DNA of 63,945 bases, counting the filler, from Octopus bimaculoides (lineage: Eukaryota), in NCBI RefSeq assembly GCF_001194135.2. It is 5 parts of 5 records of this genome, joined end to end, with 100 filler letters (N's around TTAATTAATTAA, not from the genome) between each part and the next. Parts side by side here need not be neighbours in the genome. Positions count along the whole stretch, not along the records: positions 42,581 to 62,158 come from NC_068983.1; positions 62,259 to 63,945 come from NC_068987.1; 3 more parts are not named here. The stretch is one strand, 5' to 3'. The notes under the pieces were generated by a model. It searched no databases, was not told the DNA's origin, and worked only from the letters and a program-made list of their open reading frames with translations. Positions 51,632 through 63,945 of this stretch are shown piece after piece (positions within the stretch are counted from its first letter, which is position 1; each line of letters starts with the position of its first letter). The position numbers were made by a program, and so were the translations under genes.

Positions 51632-52468
51632 TGAGGTCCGTTCAAAAAGTATCTAACTTTATTTTTTTCCTTCCAAAACTAATGCCTCATGAGCAAAGTC
51701 CTTTGTATGGGAAGAGACACCACCCTTCCTGTGCATGCAAGAAAATTTTCGCACAGATAGGCCGTGTCAGTTCCTGGCTAATGTGTGCTTGTCAGATTTT
51801 CGTTTTCACACCCGATGACAGAATGCATCAAGCAGAGACAATAAACCCACGTCTTATCACAAGGGATGATAGTCTTTGTGAAATCTGGGTTGTGGTTTGC
51901 ACAGTCCAGCATGTTCTGAGTGATTTCCATGCAGAATTGCTTCTGCTGCTCTGCCAGCACTCTGGGGGTGAATTTCACCAACACTCTACACATGTACAAA
52001 TTCTCCATTAAAATCGAATACACCGATCTTATGCTTATTCCTCCTTCGTGAGCAATTTTCTGAATTGTTAGATGATGGTCTTCCATAACTATCCACCAAA
52101 CCTTCTCAATCAGCTCATTTTGGTTAGTGAATGACCTGCCTGAGCATGCCTAGCTCTCCATTGAGGTGTGGTCATGGAATATTTGCCAAAGACCTTCTGA
52201 ATGGTTTGAACTAGAGTATCACCAAGCTTTTGGCAAAACATGATACCATATCTCTCTTGATGCATTCTATGAAAATGAAAACTCAATGAGCCCACACAAC
52301 ACGTCTGTACTCTAAGCATAACCAGAAAGTGATGCAGCATATCGGTGCAAAGGTTTTTTTGCACATGCACAAAAAGGGTGGCATCATCTCCCACCCAAAG
52401 GATTTTACCCACACAGCATTAATTTTGGTGGAAAAGAATAAAGTCAGATACTTTTTGAACACACCACA
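51632..52468 (-). mobile_element. Internally deleted, decayed mariner (Tc1/mariner) transposon
   Basis: About 30-bp TIRs (TGAGGTCCGTTCAAAAAGTATCTAACTTTATT vs TGTGGTGTGTTCAAAAAGTATCTGACTTTATT), TA on the left. Minus frames read QERYGIMFCQKLGDT (N-terminal HTH) and EDHHLTIQKIAHEGGISIRSVYSIL...KFTPRVL...IIPCDKTWVY (WVPxxL and TGDETWVY motifs). Confidence 0.9.
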
Positions 52469-53040
52469 TGCTTAGCAGTAAAAATAATTTATCTTACTAA
52501 ACTTAGACAGTTATATTTTCTGAATTTAATTCTTAAAATAAAACATATAATGGCAACAAATATACAAGAGAATGTTGAATGGCAAAGCTTCATCTAATAC
52601 TGCTGGAAAACATTTTGATATATAAAGTCAAATTTTGTAGCAGAGTCTATAAATTTGGTTGTGTTGATCCCTCTTCTGATAAATAAATTTTGCTGATAGA
52701 GGATGTATAGAAAGCAAAGTTAGATTTTAACTCTAGATAGAATTATTTTGGAGATACAATATTAATGGCTAAAATTAGCAATCAGTACTACTTGATAACT
52801 TTACCATTTTCACTTTACATACAGCAATTTATAATATATGAGTGGAACTCTGAGATTACATCATCTAACAGTATATCAGAGTAGCAGAGATTCAAACAAC
52901 TAATCACAAACAAATTTTAGATTTTCTCTCAAATCACAAGACTCAGACTCAGCTTATTCACTGATACTTTTCTTTAACTTTCAAAAGCTGTTATTTAGAA
53001 GACAAAATATGCAGTAAGTCTTAGAAATAATCCACCTACA

Positions 53041-53075
<35 letters not shown>

Positions 53076-53831
53076 GAGCATGTTTAGATATTTAGATATG
53101 CAACTATGTGCACGAGAATATGTACATAAAACATACAATTCTGCACATACATACAAGCATACATACAAAAATGCTGTTGTTGATGTTGAAATTCCAATGA
53201 AGGAGCCTTGGATCTAGGTTAGAAACTGGTTCTTTTTCTATTGGCAAGAAATCTTGAAATAAACTGAATAGTGATATACATACATACATACATACATACA
53301 TACATACATACATACATCTGTACATACATATGTGTATTTATGCCTGTCTATATCTGTGTTTGCACCAGTTCAAAATCCTGTGGTTTTTAATTTTGTTCTT
53401 CATTGTGACCTGTAACTTAGTACAGGAATTTCCATTCCTTTTCAATCTGCTGCAGGTTGAATATTGCACTGAAAGTGTTATGGTCTACCATCAGCTTTCT
53501 GAAAATGCTATTACTGAAAAGAATCAGTAGTAAAATACTTTTGAAGTAGTGATGGAAGTTCATATTGCACTTTGTTGCCAAGAAACATATATGCATCTAT
53601 ATGGTGCATTGAAAAAACAATCAGGTTTTCTAAATTTTTTTCACAGACTTCAAAAACTTAATGTAAACCTGTGGACTAAACATGGTACACATGTGTACCC
53701 AAAGTGTAGTTGAAAATCTCTAGCATAGTGTTTTGACTGTGCTTTATAAAATAAGTACCAAACAAAATAAGTACTGAGGTTAATATGGTTAACCAAATTC
53801 TGTCAATGAGTAGAGCTTGTACTAGAATATT

Positions 53832-54042
53832 GGTTTCAAATTTTGGCACAGGAGCAGCAATTTTAGGGAAGGGGTAAGTCGATTACACTAACCCCAGTAT
53901 TCAACTTGTACCTATTTTATTGACCCCAAAGGGATGAAAGGCAAAGTCAACCTCAACAGAACTTGGAATTCAGAACATAAGTATTGACAAAATGCCACTA
54001 AGCATTTTGTCTGATGTGCTAACGATTCCGCCAACTCACTGT
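53832..54042 (-). mobile_element. SINE family A copy, CpG-decayed
   Basis: Collinear with 13252-13442, with several CG converted to TG/CA (TTTTATTGACCCC, AAAGTCAACCTC). Confidence 0.75.
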
Positions 54043-54759
54043 CGTAGCATGTAGAAAAATAATGACAATGAATTGCTAAATGTTGATCTTAAAAAAAATC
54101 TGCACTTTATCAGGATCACATGAAGCTAACTAGTTATAAAATTTATGCTTGTTAGAGACTGTATTTTAATGACCATGTATATGGTACTCAACAAGGGAAG
54201 CACCTCTATAAATGCACAAATATATTAAACTGAATGCTTAATTTTTTTTTTTTTTCATCTTTCAGTCAGGAGGTAAGGAAGCGTCCATAACCTATTTATA
54301 GGGTCTTTTAGATAGGTAGGAGTGAGGGAGGGATGAAGGTATCCTCAAAGTAGAGATTGGTGTGAATGCTTCCTGTACAGTGGATTCCTCTAAAGGCAAA
54401 TCAGTTGCCAGATGGTAATGCAAAAGTGGGTGATGAATTAAATCTACCATTGAAGTGAGCAACATCAGGATTTGAACTCAGAATGAGTTGGAACAAATAC
54501 TGCAAGACATCCAATCTAATGTTCTTACACTTCTGTCAATCAATTGCCCCAGTTTGCTATATTTTTATTAATCTCAAAAATATAGAAGTCATAGATGACT
54601 TTGGCAGGATTTGAGTTCAGAGCATCATAGAAAGTGGGAATAAAAACCACATGGACCACAAAGCTGTCTGTAGCATTAGCAGGGCAGTCAAATTACTTCG
54701 TCCCAGTGTAGTAGCACACTGGTGCTGTGTTCCACCACTCTTTAAACGCTAACAGCAGA

Positions 54760-55380
54760 GAAAGACACATTACGACTTCCACTCAGAGTAATAGCATGCT
54801 TTTTAAAGGAATTTTATCCAGTCGCTGTCTAAATGTCGGAACATTAACATCTGGTCCCCTTTCGTCGCTGCTTTGCTTTATCCCATTCAGATGTAGATAC
54901 TAATCTATCAACGAGCTTGTGGCTCGTCTAGCTCAACACGCTGTAGGATTTCTACCTCATCTCCCTACCACTTCAACTTATTGGATATTTTAGATTTGCT
55001 GCCAAGTACTGGAACTAACTACTTTGATGTGCATTAGGGATTAACTCATGCCTCCTACACCCTATTGTCTTGTATGCTTATCTTTGTTGTGCCAGCTACT
55101 TCATGTATGAGCAAGGAATAAATTATGTTTGTTAATCAAAAGCATTACCTTCTGATCTTTATCGTTACCTTTATGTAAAACATGCATCTATGTTTCAAAC
55201 CTTACATGCACACATCTAAATATACTTCCTAAACTGGTAAAGCCCAACTCTTAATTTGCCTTTTGTTATCCTACACCAGACAACTCTGCCTAACCCTTTC
55301 CTAATCTATTACATGCTTTATTTATGGATCCAGCTTTCTTAACCTATAAATGTATTTGTAGTTTCTCTTACATTTTCACA
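54760..55380 (-). mobile_element. Highly decayed CR1-type LINE 3' fragment
   Basis: Minus-strand remnants EILQRV..RRATS (cf. LERVQRRATK) and QRR.GDQMLMFRHL (cf. RRLRGDMIETFKIL). Confidence 0.5.
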
Positions 55381-58300
55381 ATACTCTTTCACAAGTATCC
55401 AATGTAGATGAAATTAACTCCTCAAAATAGAATATCTGAGGTTGTTCATAACTGAGTGAACGATTAATTAACATACACTTCATTTTAAAAAAATGGGATC
55501 GATGCCAGCCAGAACTTAATTACTGATCTAACTAGACTTTTGGTAGCAAATTTACAGCAGATGGTGTCTTTTACTCATCATAGAAGCTGAATTTCTATTA
55601 ACACTTATATGATCATTGTCTGACAGGTAATTAGTTATCACTCATAGAAATAGCAAACTTATTCATATATGTTCAGTGAGTTCTAACAAATACAAGAAAG
55701 AGAAAATTATACTTGAATACAATGATTTTGAAATTATAAATAATTTATTTTGTTCTTTTTCTTTTCTCATTTGAATTGCTCTGATCACATTCTAAATACA
55801 GATGAGAAATGCAGAAGTTGACTAATAACTTTATATTAATAAATAGTTAATATGTATGAGAAATAAAGTTGTCAATCAAATATTTTTGTGAAGAATGAAA
55901 ACAATAAAAAAGTCTTTTTTTTTTCTAATGAAGGATCTTCATATTAATTTGCTTTACACAAACTCATGTTTTACATAAATACCCAATATTGCTACGAGCA
56001 ATATTTTCCATTTGCAAAGTAATATTTTATTTACAATATGAAAAATCTAAAGAATAGATATCAATATGAAAAGGCAACTTTATTACTGATGCAAAATTCT
56101 CACTTAATATAAAACAAATTACAAAAAAATGAACGCAAATTAATTTATTCAAAAATCGCAAAATGTGAAAATATTCTAAAATATGAGAAAATGAATGTCT
56201 ATACTCCAAATAATACAAAATCTACACAAATTAAAGAAAGATATCTGAAAATAATTAGAAAAACTTTCAGCACTTGATTACTGCTACAATTTTTATTTGC
56301 TCCCTGTATATGATGTGGCTTAGTTTAATATGTATCTTGTTTATATCTGTGTGTAACATCTTAATCTAAGATACAGAACTGAGTGCTAGACGTAAATATT
56401 TTACAAGCAGCTTAATTTCCTGGTGAGAGATTCAAGGAAATTGTTAGATCTCAGTTTCTCATAAATAGTTTAGTGAAATATTTCAGTTATTAGAAAAGAA
56501 CTAAGGTTAAGAAAGAGAATTTTCTTTTGGGTTATTCACTTTAGAAGGTTAAATTCCAGTTTACATTTTTTGTTTATTCAGTTTGTTTTAAGTTGTTACT
56601 TTTCCAGAAATATCTCTTACTGATGCCATCATCATGATCTTCATCATCATCATAATCACCACCACCACCACTGCCATCAGCAATATGCAGCAGCCTCACC
56701 ACAACCTCCACCATCCATCATCATCATCATCATCATTATCATCATTTAACATTCTGAGTTCAAATATCACAGAAATTGATTTTGCTTTTCATCTTTCTGA
56801 GGTTAATAAAATAAATACCTGTACATAAAATGAGGAAATAAGGAAAAGGTTGATGTAATCAGCAATATCTCCAGAAGGTGGGACTCCATCATTGTCCCAG
56901 TCCAAGGACAAAATCCAATAAAGTGACTGATGATGAATCTAAGTAAGGAAATTACTTAGATTCTGCTTACTTTATTTCAGATAGCCAAGGATATTTAAGA
57001 GAGGTGAGAGTTTCTTTTGACTCAGCACAAAGTTATTTGTAAGGAATTTAGATAAGACGAAATGAGAACCAGTGGTGCTCAATTCTTTCTCATGTTATTA
57101 GAGATGTAAATTTTAAAATGTTGCAACTACAAAATGAAACCTTGCTTTAATGTTCAAACTTTCTGATCTGTAGCATCCCTCAGGCTATGAATAAGATGAA
57201 GAAACCAATGACTGAAACCTTTCCTGATTGTTTGACCTATAACAAAAGGCATCTAAATCCTTCTTTAATCCTACTTTGCCACCTTCAAAGAAAGAACAGC
57301 AAATGTCGAACAATGTAGTCTTACATATCCTTAAAAAGACAATGTAATTATACATCTGCATGATCAGAGCCAACTTAACGTTAAACAAATATATTGCCAT
57401 TATCATTTAACGTCTGTGTTCCATGTTGGTATGGGTTGGATGGTTTGACAGGATCTGAAGTGTCCAAGGACTGCATCAAGCTCCAATGTTTGTTTTTGCA
57501 GGATTTTTATGTCTGGCTTCCCTTCCTAATGCATTACAATGAGGACTGGACCCTTTTTCATGTGACCTGCACTATTGACATTGCCATGCAGTTTGCAGGA
57601 CTATGAGTCTGGGGGGAGGTAGGGCATTCAGCTTCATGCTAGAGGTTGAGGAGGGATCTGTATGGTTGATCACATCAAAGTGCATTAGAGGGAAAATAAT
57701 ATTAAAATACTGCAAAAAGGAATAGATGAATAGCTTCCTTCTTGTTAGTGACTAGACTATTTATAAAGGAAAAGAAAGTATCAACAAGTTATTACATTCT
57801 ACCATTGTGTGAAAATAAAAAAAATTTGCAAAAACACTAAGATCCTTTGAACTAAAATGCTTCAAACGATTTATATTTGTATAGCTGACTTATATCCAGG
57901 AACATCCCTGTGGTTAAGAAGACCAGAACACAACCACTTGGGTTTGGGAATGATTCCATTGCATAGCACCTTTGGCAACTGAAGCTTAAGCTATCCAATG
58001 TTTTGTAATTGGAATGTGGTAAGTGGGAATTGTTTGGAAGCTTGTTGCTATGACTGATAACTTAGCAGTTTGACAACTATTGAATGCTGAAGTAAGTACT
58101 AGAATTGATGAAACCCTCCAAGATGCTGCCCACGCATTGATAAAATCTGATAATTGACTGAAACAATTAATAGATTACAGAGCTGGACAGGTTAAAGGTT
58201 ATAATCTAACACTACCGTGAAGAGAAAGATTTTATATTCTGCAGTAATCCTAAAATTTAAAAGTTGCATGGTGCAATATTTGGCACAAGATAAACAGTAA

Positions 58301-58604
58301 ATAATTACATTTGTAGCAGAGAAGCCTTATAAGTACATATGGATGATTAAGAGAATCGACATTAAAATAACAGAGTAGAACATATGATTATTATTACAAT
58401 CGGAGAGATAAGGAGAGAGTATAAAGTTTAAAAAAGCAAGTTAACCTTGTTAATCCTTCATTGTGTAGCATATCTATAATGCAAAGTGATAAGATGTTAT
58501 TTTGCAGTTATATCTAGCAGAGGTAGTAAGCTGGCAGAATCATTAGCATATCAGGCAAAATGTCTAGTGGCATTTCATCCACTTAATGTTTTCTGAAGGT
58601 ACAG

Positions 58605-58915
58605 GGCTCAGTTGTTAAAGTGTCAAGCTCACAATCATGAGGTAGTGAGTTCAATTCCTGGACCAGGCTGTGTGTTTATGTTCTTGAGCAAGACACTTTA
58701 TTTCACATTGCTCCAGTTCACTCAGCTGAAGAAATGAGTAACAACGTTACTTTGCCTTTGCTTTGGATAACACCGGTGGCACGGAGAGGGAAGGCTGGTA
58801 TTCAAGGGAGACTGCTGGTCTTCCATGAACAATCTTGTTGGAACTCGTGCTTCAGAGGGGAACTTTCTAAGTGCAATCCCATGGGCATTCATGACTGAAG
58901 AGCATCTTTACCCTT
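58605..58915 (+). mobile_element. SINE family C (GGCTCAGTGGTTAGAG-type tRNA head; CTTGAGCAAGACACTTTATTTCAC core)
   Basis: The shared core also occurs at about 15825-15945 (-), 18045-18195 (-), 44460-44790 (-), 47005-47135 (-), 62630-62930 (+). Related tails at 4256-4401 and 33985-34165. Confidence 0.7.
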
Positions 58916-59059
58916 TTTTTTATCTAGCAGATTGAGCTATAATGTAAAGGTTCCCTTGATTAGAAAAACATGAAATTGCTGCCATTTAAGCCCCAAGTCA
59001 GCTCTGATTAAACATATATATGAGTAAAAGTGATTCAGCTATTATCATTGTGTTCTATT

Positions 59060-60290
59060 GTATATCTAGGACTATGTGCTTTTAATTATTTAAGATGATT
59101 GTGAGTAATTTGATGAGGATCATTTTGAGGAATTTTTGAAAGATGCAATATCCTGACAGCTACTAACTGTTGTGCTTAGTTCATTCCATGCTTCAACAAT
59201 TTTGGGTATCAAAATTTTCCAAAAGTCATGGATTCTGAGCTAGTTTTTGATTTTATAGGAATGCCCATGGATACTGAGTCCAAAAAGGCGGGCATTTTTG
59301 CTATTGAAAATGTGGTAGATAATCTTGTGGATTTCTACAAAATCAGCTGCCAGAAATTGAAGTGTTACATGTTGATGTCCAGTGAATCAAGACATTCAAG
59401 ATAAGGTGAGTGACCGATGGAGATATTTCTTTAGTTGTATTGTCTCTGAACAGCTTCCATAGATTGATATTCTAGACAAGAATGGGGATTTAGGTTGAAG
59501 ATGCAAACTGTGTGACCATGCCACAACTTCATATATTGCTTTAAATAATTAGCTGGTGAACAGCTGACACTTTTCACCTTTTTGATGAATTTATTAATGA
59601 AGTTCACCTAATGAAAATCATTGTTGACAAGAATATGGTCGTGTTTACCAGCAGACATTCTAAGATTAGTGTTGTGAAGGGAGAAGGTAAATTCTGAGTA
59701 ATTCCTCCCAAAATGAATGTATTTAGATGTGTCTACAGTCTGCTTGAGTTACCAGTCACTACTGCATTGCAGGTAAGTGTATAGGAACATAGTAACTTGT
59801 TTAAGTTGGAATCCGTTTTGTCATTATATACAACATGAAACAGGGGACTATGAAAATATCCTTGCAGGGCACTAGACGTAATTGCAAAGGTTGCTATTAC
59901 CATGACTACCTTTTTTTGACCAAGAATGGAACATTTCAATCAATCATAAAGGTCAGCCCTCATGTCCGTTGTAGATAGATTTGTCATAAGTCATTTGTGT
60001 GACACAGAATTAAAAGCTTTGTCAAAGTCAAAATCGATAACATCCAACCATCAAAACGTCATCTGGGATTCAGATGATATCTTCAAGAAATTTGATTAGT
60101 TGGTCACAGGAGTTGGAGTTACAGATAAGCTGTAGATTAATCTCTTCTTCTGGTTTCCACCCTCAGATGCTGTTGTCCAGCTTTAAGTATCAACATCAAG
60201 TCACTTCATGTCATGTTTATCCACAAACTTGCACCTCAGCCAAGATCTACCCTAATTTCTCATATCCTATACAACCATTAAACTAAATGT
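59060..60290 (-). mobile_element. Decayed CR1/L2-type LINE ORF2 (RT core to 3' end)
   Basis: Minus frames read SCDQLIKFLEDI; LDVIDFDFDKAFNSVSHK (DFSKAFD motif); TSSALQGYFHSPLFHVVYND (PQGSVLGPLLF..YIND motif); MEAVQRQ...LAADFVEIHKII (C-terminus). Many stops. Confidence 0.8.
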
Positions 60291-60859
60291 AAAAACTCAA
60301 AATTATGAGGTATAAACTCAAATATTTCAAAATTTGCTCACTGGCTCTCTACCTTCTGCACTGTTTCCAGCTGCATTTTAAATATAAAACAGCCATGATT
60401 TTATTCAGTAATTTTCTGTGTGTGTGTTTTTCTGTGTGTGCCTGTATGTGTCTATGTGTATGTATGTATATGAAATGGAAAATGGAAAACATTTGGCGAT
60501 TTCACATTTAGTTTGTTAAAGTAAGGTGAAAATTGCCATCATTATGCATATTAAATTATACATGTTTAATGAAGCAGTGGCTGAATAATTGATGAAGTCA
60601 TCAGAGAACTAAGCAATGAGACATCTGGAGCAGAGAATGATGGAGTGAGAGAAAAAGAGAGCTTGTCAGATTGATTGATGCCTTTAAATGATGTATAGAG
60701 TTGGGGATGAAGTGGGACAAATAGAAACCTAGACTCATTGTAACTGAAATAGAGTGAAAGATATAGCAAGAGTGAAACAGGAGTTTAGTGAGTGAGTGAA
60801 TTAACTAAATAATAAGAGAAATTTAGTGAGAAAAAGAGCTACAAACAGAGGAATAAGGA

Positions 60860-61135
60860 GATAGAGAGATAGATAGAGACAGACAGACAGATAGGTAGAT
60901 AGGTAGGTAGGTAAGTAGGTTGGTAAGTAGGTAGGTAAGTAGGTAGGTAGAGAAGGAAGGAGGGAAGTAAATAGATAGACAAATAGAGAGACACATAGGT
61001 AGGTTGATAGATAGATAGGTAGGTAAGTAGGTAGGTAGGTAGGTAGGTAGGTTGGTCAGTTGGTAGACAGGCAGGTAGGTGGTAGGTAGGTAGGTTGATA
61101 AACAGACATACATACATACAGACAGACAGACAGAC

Positions 61136-61190
<55 letters not shown>

Positions 61191-61260
61191 CAGGCAAACA
61201 GACAGAGAGACAGGCAGACAGATAGATAGATGAAGAAATACATAGATAAATAGACACACA
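60860..61260 (+). repeat. Compound tetranucleotide microsatellite (TAGA/TAGG/CAGA)
   Basis: Directly visible. Confidence 0.9.
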
Positions 61261-61798
61261 GACAGATAGATATGGTCATACATACAGCAGTATTTACCTG
61301 AGGTTCCTAACATTTTCAATGCCAAAGTTCCACTTTATTGAAATGAATCTTCCCATAGACTCCTGCTTTTGAAAAGTCTGTCTACTTCAATAAGCCAATT
61401 TCATTACTTAACAACGAACTAGTTTTCCCAGCTTCCTCACTCAGCTGAAAGACACATGTAACTAATAGTAATATGCAGCTAAAGAAGTATATATATTATG
61501 CTTCAGACTTTTGAATTTTCTAACACTAATCAGACACATGAAAACTTTTATGAACCATAAGGAGTTTGCAAACCCCAAGATAAGAACTGCTTTTATACAG
61601 ACATTTCAACTACATAACGAAAGGAAAATAGCTGAGAGTGTGTTCTGCATACAAATACAATTACAATACGATTTCATATTATGCAATATTACAAGTCATG
61701 ACACTTCAATCACCTGATATTATTGATGCAATTAATAAAAAAACTCACTTTGTTTGCAACCTAAAATGCAAGATTTCAGAATTGAGAATATATATATA

Positions 61799-61956
61799 GG
61801 CGCAGGTAAGCAGCTTGCTTACCAACCACATGGTTCCGGGTTCAGTCTCACTGCGTGGCACCTTAGGCAAGTATCTACTACTATCGCCTCGGGCCGACCA
61901 AAGCCTTGTTAGTGGATTTGGTAGATGGAAACTGAACGAAACCTGTCGTATATATG

Positions 61957-61994
<38 letters not shown>

Positions 61995-62158
61995 AGTGTG
62001 TGTGTGTGTGTGTGAATGTGTCTGTGTTTGCCCCCCCCCCCAACATCGCTTCACAACCGATACTGGTGTGTTTACGTACCCATAACTTAGCAGTTCAGCA
62101 AAAAGAGACCGATAGAATAAGTACTAGGCTTACAAAGAATAAGTCCTGGAGTTGATTT
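61799..62158 (+). mobile_element. SINE family B copy, CpGs retained (young)
   Basis: Close match to 6519-7150, including CCTCGGGCCGACCAAAGCC and CATCGCTT.ACAACCGAT. Confidence 0.85.
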
Positions 62159-62350
62159 NNNNNNNNNNNNNNNNNNNNNNNNNNNNNNNNNNNNNNNNNN
62201 NNTTAATTAATTAANNNNNNNNNNNNNNNNNNNNNNNNNNNNNNNNNNNNNNNNNNNNAAATATATATATATATATACATATATATGTATATGTATACAT
62301 ATATCTGTACATATATATCTGTACATATATGTATGTACATATATATGCTT

Positions 62351-62402
<52 letters not shown>

Positions 62403-63065
62403 GCACACACACACACGCACACACATTCACATATATATGTCTGCGTCTGGGCATGCATGAATGTCTTAATGTCTTCGTCTGTTCCCACGTTTGTATTCCT
62501 TATCTCTCCGACAATTAAATATCATTAAAACTATTACTGCGTAGTTCCAACGAAGTGTGGCCCTGACGAGGACATTGTCGTATTACCAGGCGTTTGTATA
62601 AATATGTGTTTGTGTCTGTATTTGTGTAATCGAAGTGTTTAGGGTATTCGACTCACGATCGTAAGACCGTGAGTTCAATTCCTGACGGTGCATTGTGTAT
62701 TTGAGCGAAGCATTTTATTTCACCTTGCTCCAGTCCCTTCAGTTAGCAAAGGTTCAAATGAGCCAACTTTGTCACATTCTGTGTCACGCTGAGTCTCCTT
62801 AAGGATTACGTTAAGGGTACACGTGTCCGTGGAGTGCTCGACCACTTGCACGTGAATTTCACGAACAGGCTATTCCGTTGATCGGACCAAATGACACACT
62901 CGCCGTCGTAACCGACGGAGAATCGATTATCTGTGTAATAAAACCTCGCCTAACATTAAAGAAAGTTCAGTAATTACACAAAGGAAAGAACAAGGCGCAG
63001 CTAAAAGCTTGGTAAACATTCGTATCAGGGGACAATATATTTGGACAACTGAATAAAAAAAACGC

Positions 63066-63100
<35 letters not shown>

Positions 63101-63687
63101 GACTTTCAGAGATTTCTTTTAAGGGACACTTAAGAACGATCAAATAAAATGGAGGGGAAGATATACATACCTCCATTTCTGTCTCCCTCCTTCCCTCTCC
63201 CTCTCACACCACATACGCACTCACACATATATGTATATTATGAGGATGATGATGATAGTGGTGGTGGTGGTGATGGCCATCATCATCATCGTTTTAACGT
63301 CCACATTTCCATCCTTTCTTCTTTTTTTTTTTTCATTCTCTGCTTTTCCGCCTGCTGCTCTGTCTCCTCTGCTCATGCGCATCGAGGAAGAAAATGCGGA
63401 CAAAAGCGGAGATATGTTTGTGTGTGCGTGTATGTGTGTATGTGTGTGTGTGTGTGTGTGTGTATGTGTGTGTGTGTGTGTGTTCGTGCGCGTGCGTATT
63501 ACCGGAATACTAGGTCCAGTACGTATGTACCGTTACGACATTCTTTTAAACCTACGGATCCTGTATTGGCCTCGTATTATTGTAATGGCTGACAAAACTA
63601 ATGGGTTTGTTTGCCAGGCGATAATTTTACGAAGCTAAGCAAACAAGAGCAGTCTTCGAGTTGGCGCCCCAAATGCCTCTCCTGCGC

Positions 63688-63742
<55 letters not shown>

Positions 63743-63945
63743 CATATCTGTGTTCATTTTGATAAGACTGAGAGAATCGACCCTGTTTGTAAAAAGACTT
63801 TTTGACCTGGGTTTGTACCCGCAAAGTAGATTTCTTTCCCGCTCTTAATGCTCGTATAAGAAGCGGAGATGATAAACTTAAAGGTTCGTTTCAAGCGGCA
63901 CACACTCTACCTGCGCCACTAGAACTATGGCAGTAATCCTTACTA

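Overview
Repeat-rich, gappy animal genomic DNA, most likely a coleoid cephalopod (Octopus-like). This is inferred from three recurrent tRNA-derived SINE families, dense microsatellites and TTAGGG repeats; the ORF track is mostly microsatellite or N-run noise. Four identical 100-bp markers (44 N + TTAATTAATTAA + 44 N) split the window into five blocks whose adjacency is unproven. The one well-supported gene is three in-phase minus-strand exons (19458-19698, 16227-16482, 13005-13203) encoding C8-TIL-VWC-like-TIL modules of a gel-forming mucin/SCO-spondin/hemocytin-type protein. The rest is decayed mobile DNA: CR1/L2-type LINEs, a possible L1/Tx1-type LINE, three mariner relics, a Penelope GIY-YIG relic, a Helitron helicase tail, and several MITEs. 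Most interesting signals: (1) a (TA)n-associated short element carrying a non-canonical minimal hammerhead-like fold (CUGUNGA core), with two copies in tandem, plus a separate hammerhead-like motif with an extended stem II in the mucin intron; (2) a Merlin-like MITE with an 8-bp TSD whose centre is an outward-facing telomeric palindrome; (3) a CpG-depleted block (42.6-61.8 kb) with candidate tiny exons including a 3/7-nt microexon. All calls were made by eye; no alignments or folding were run.
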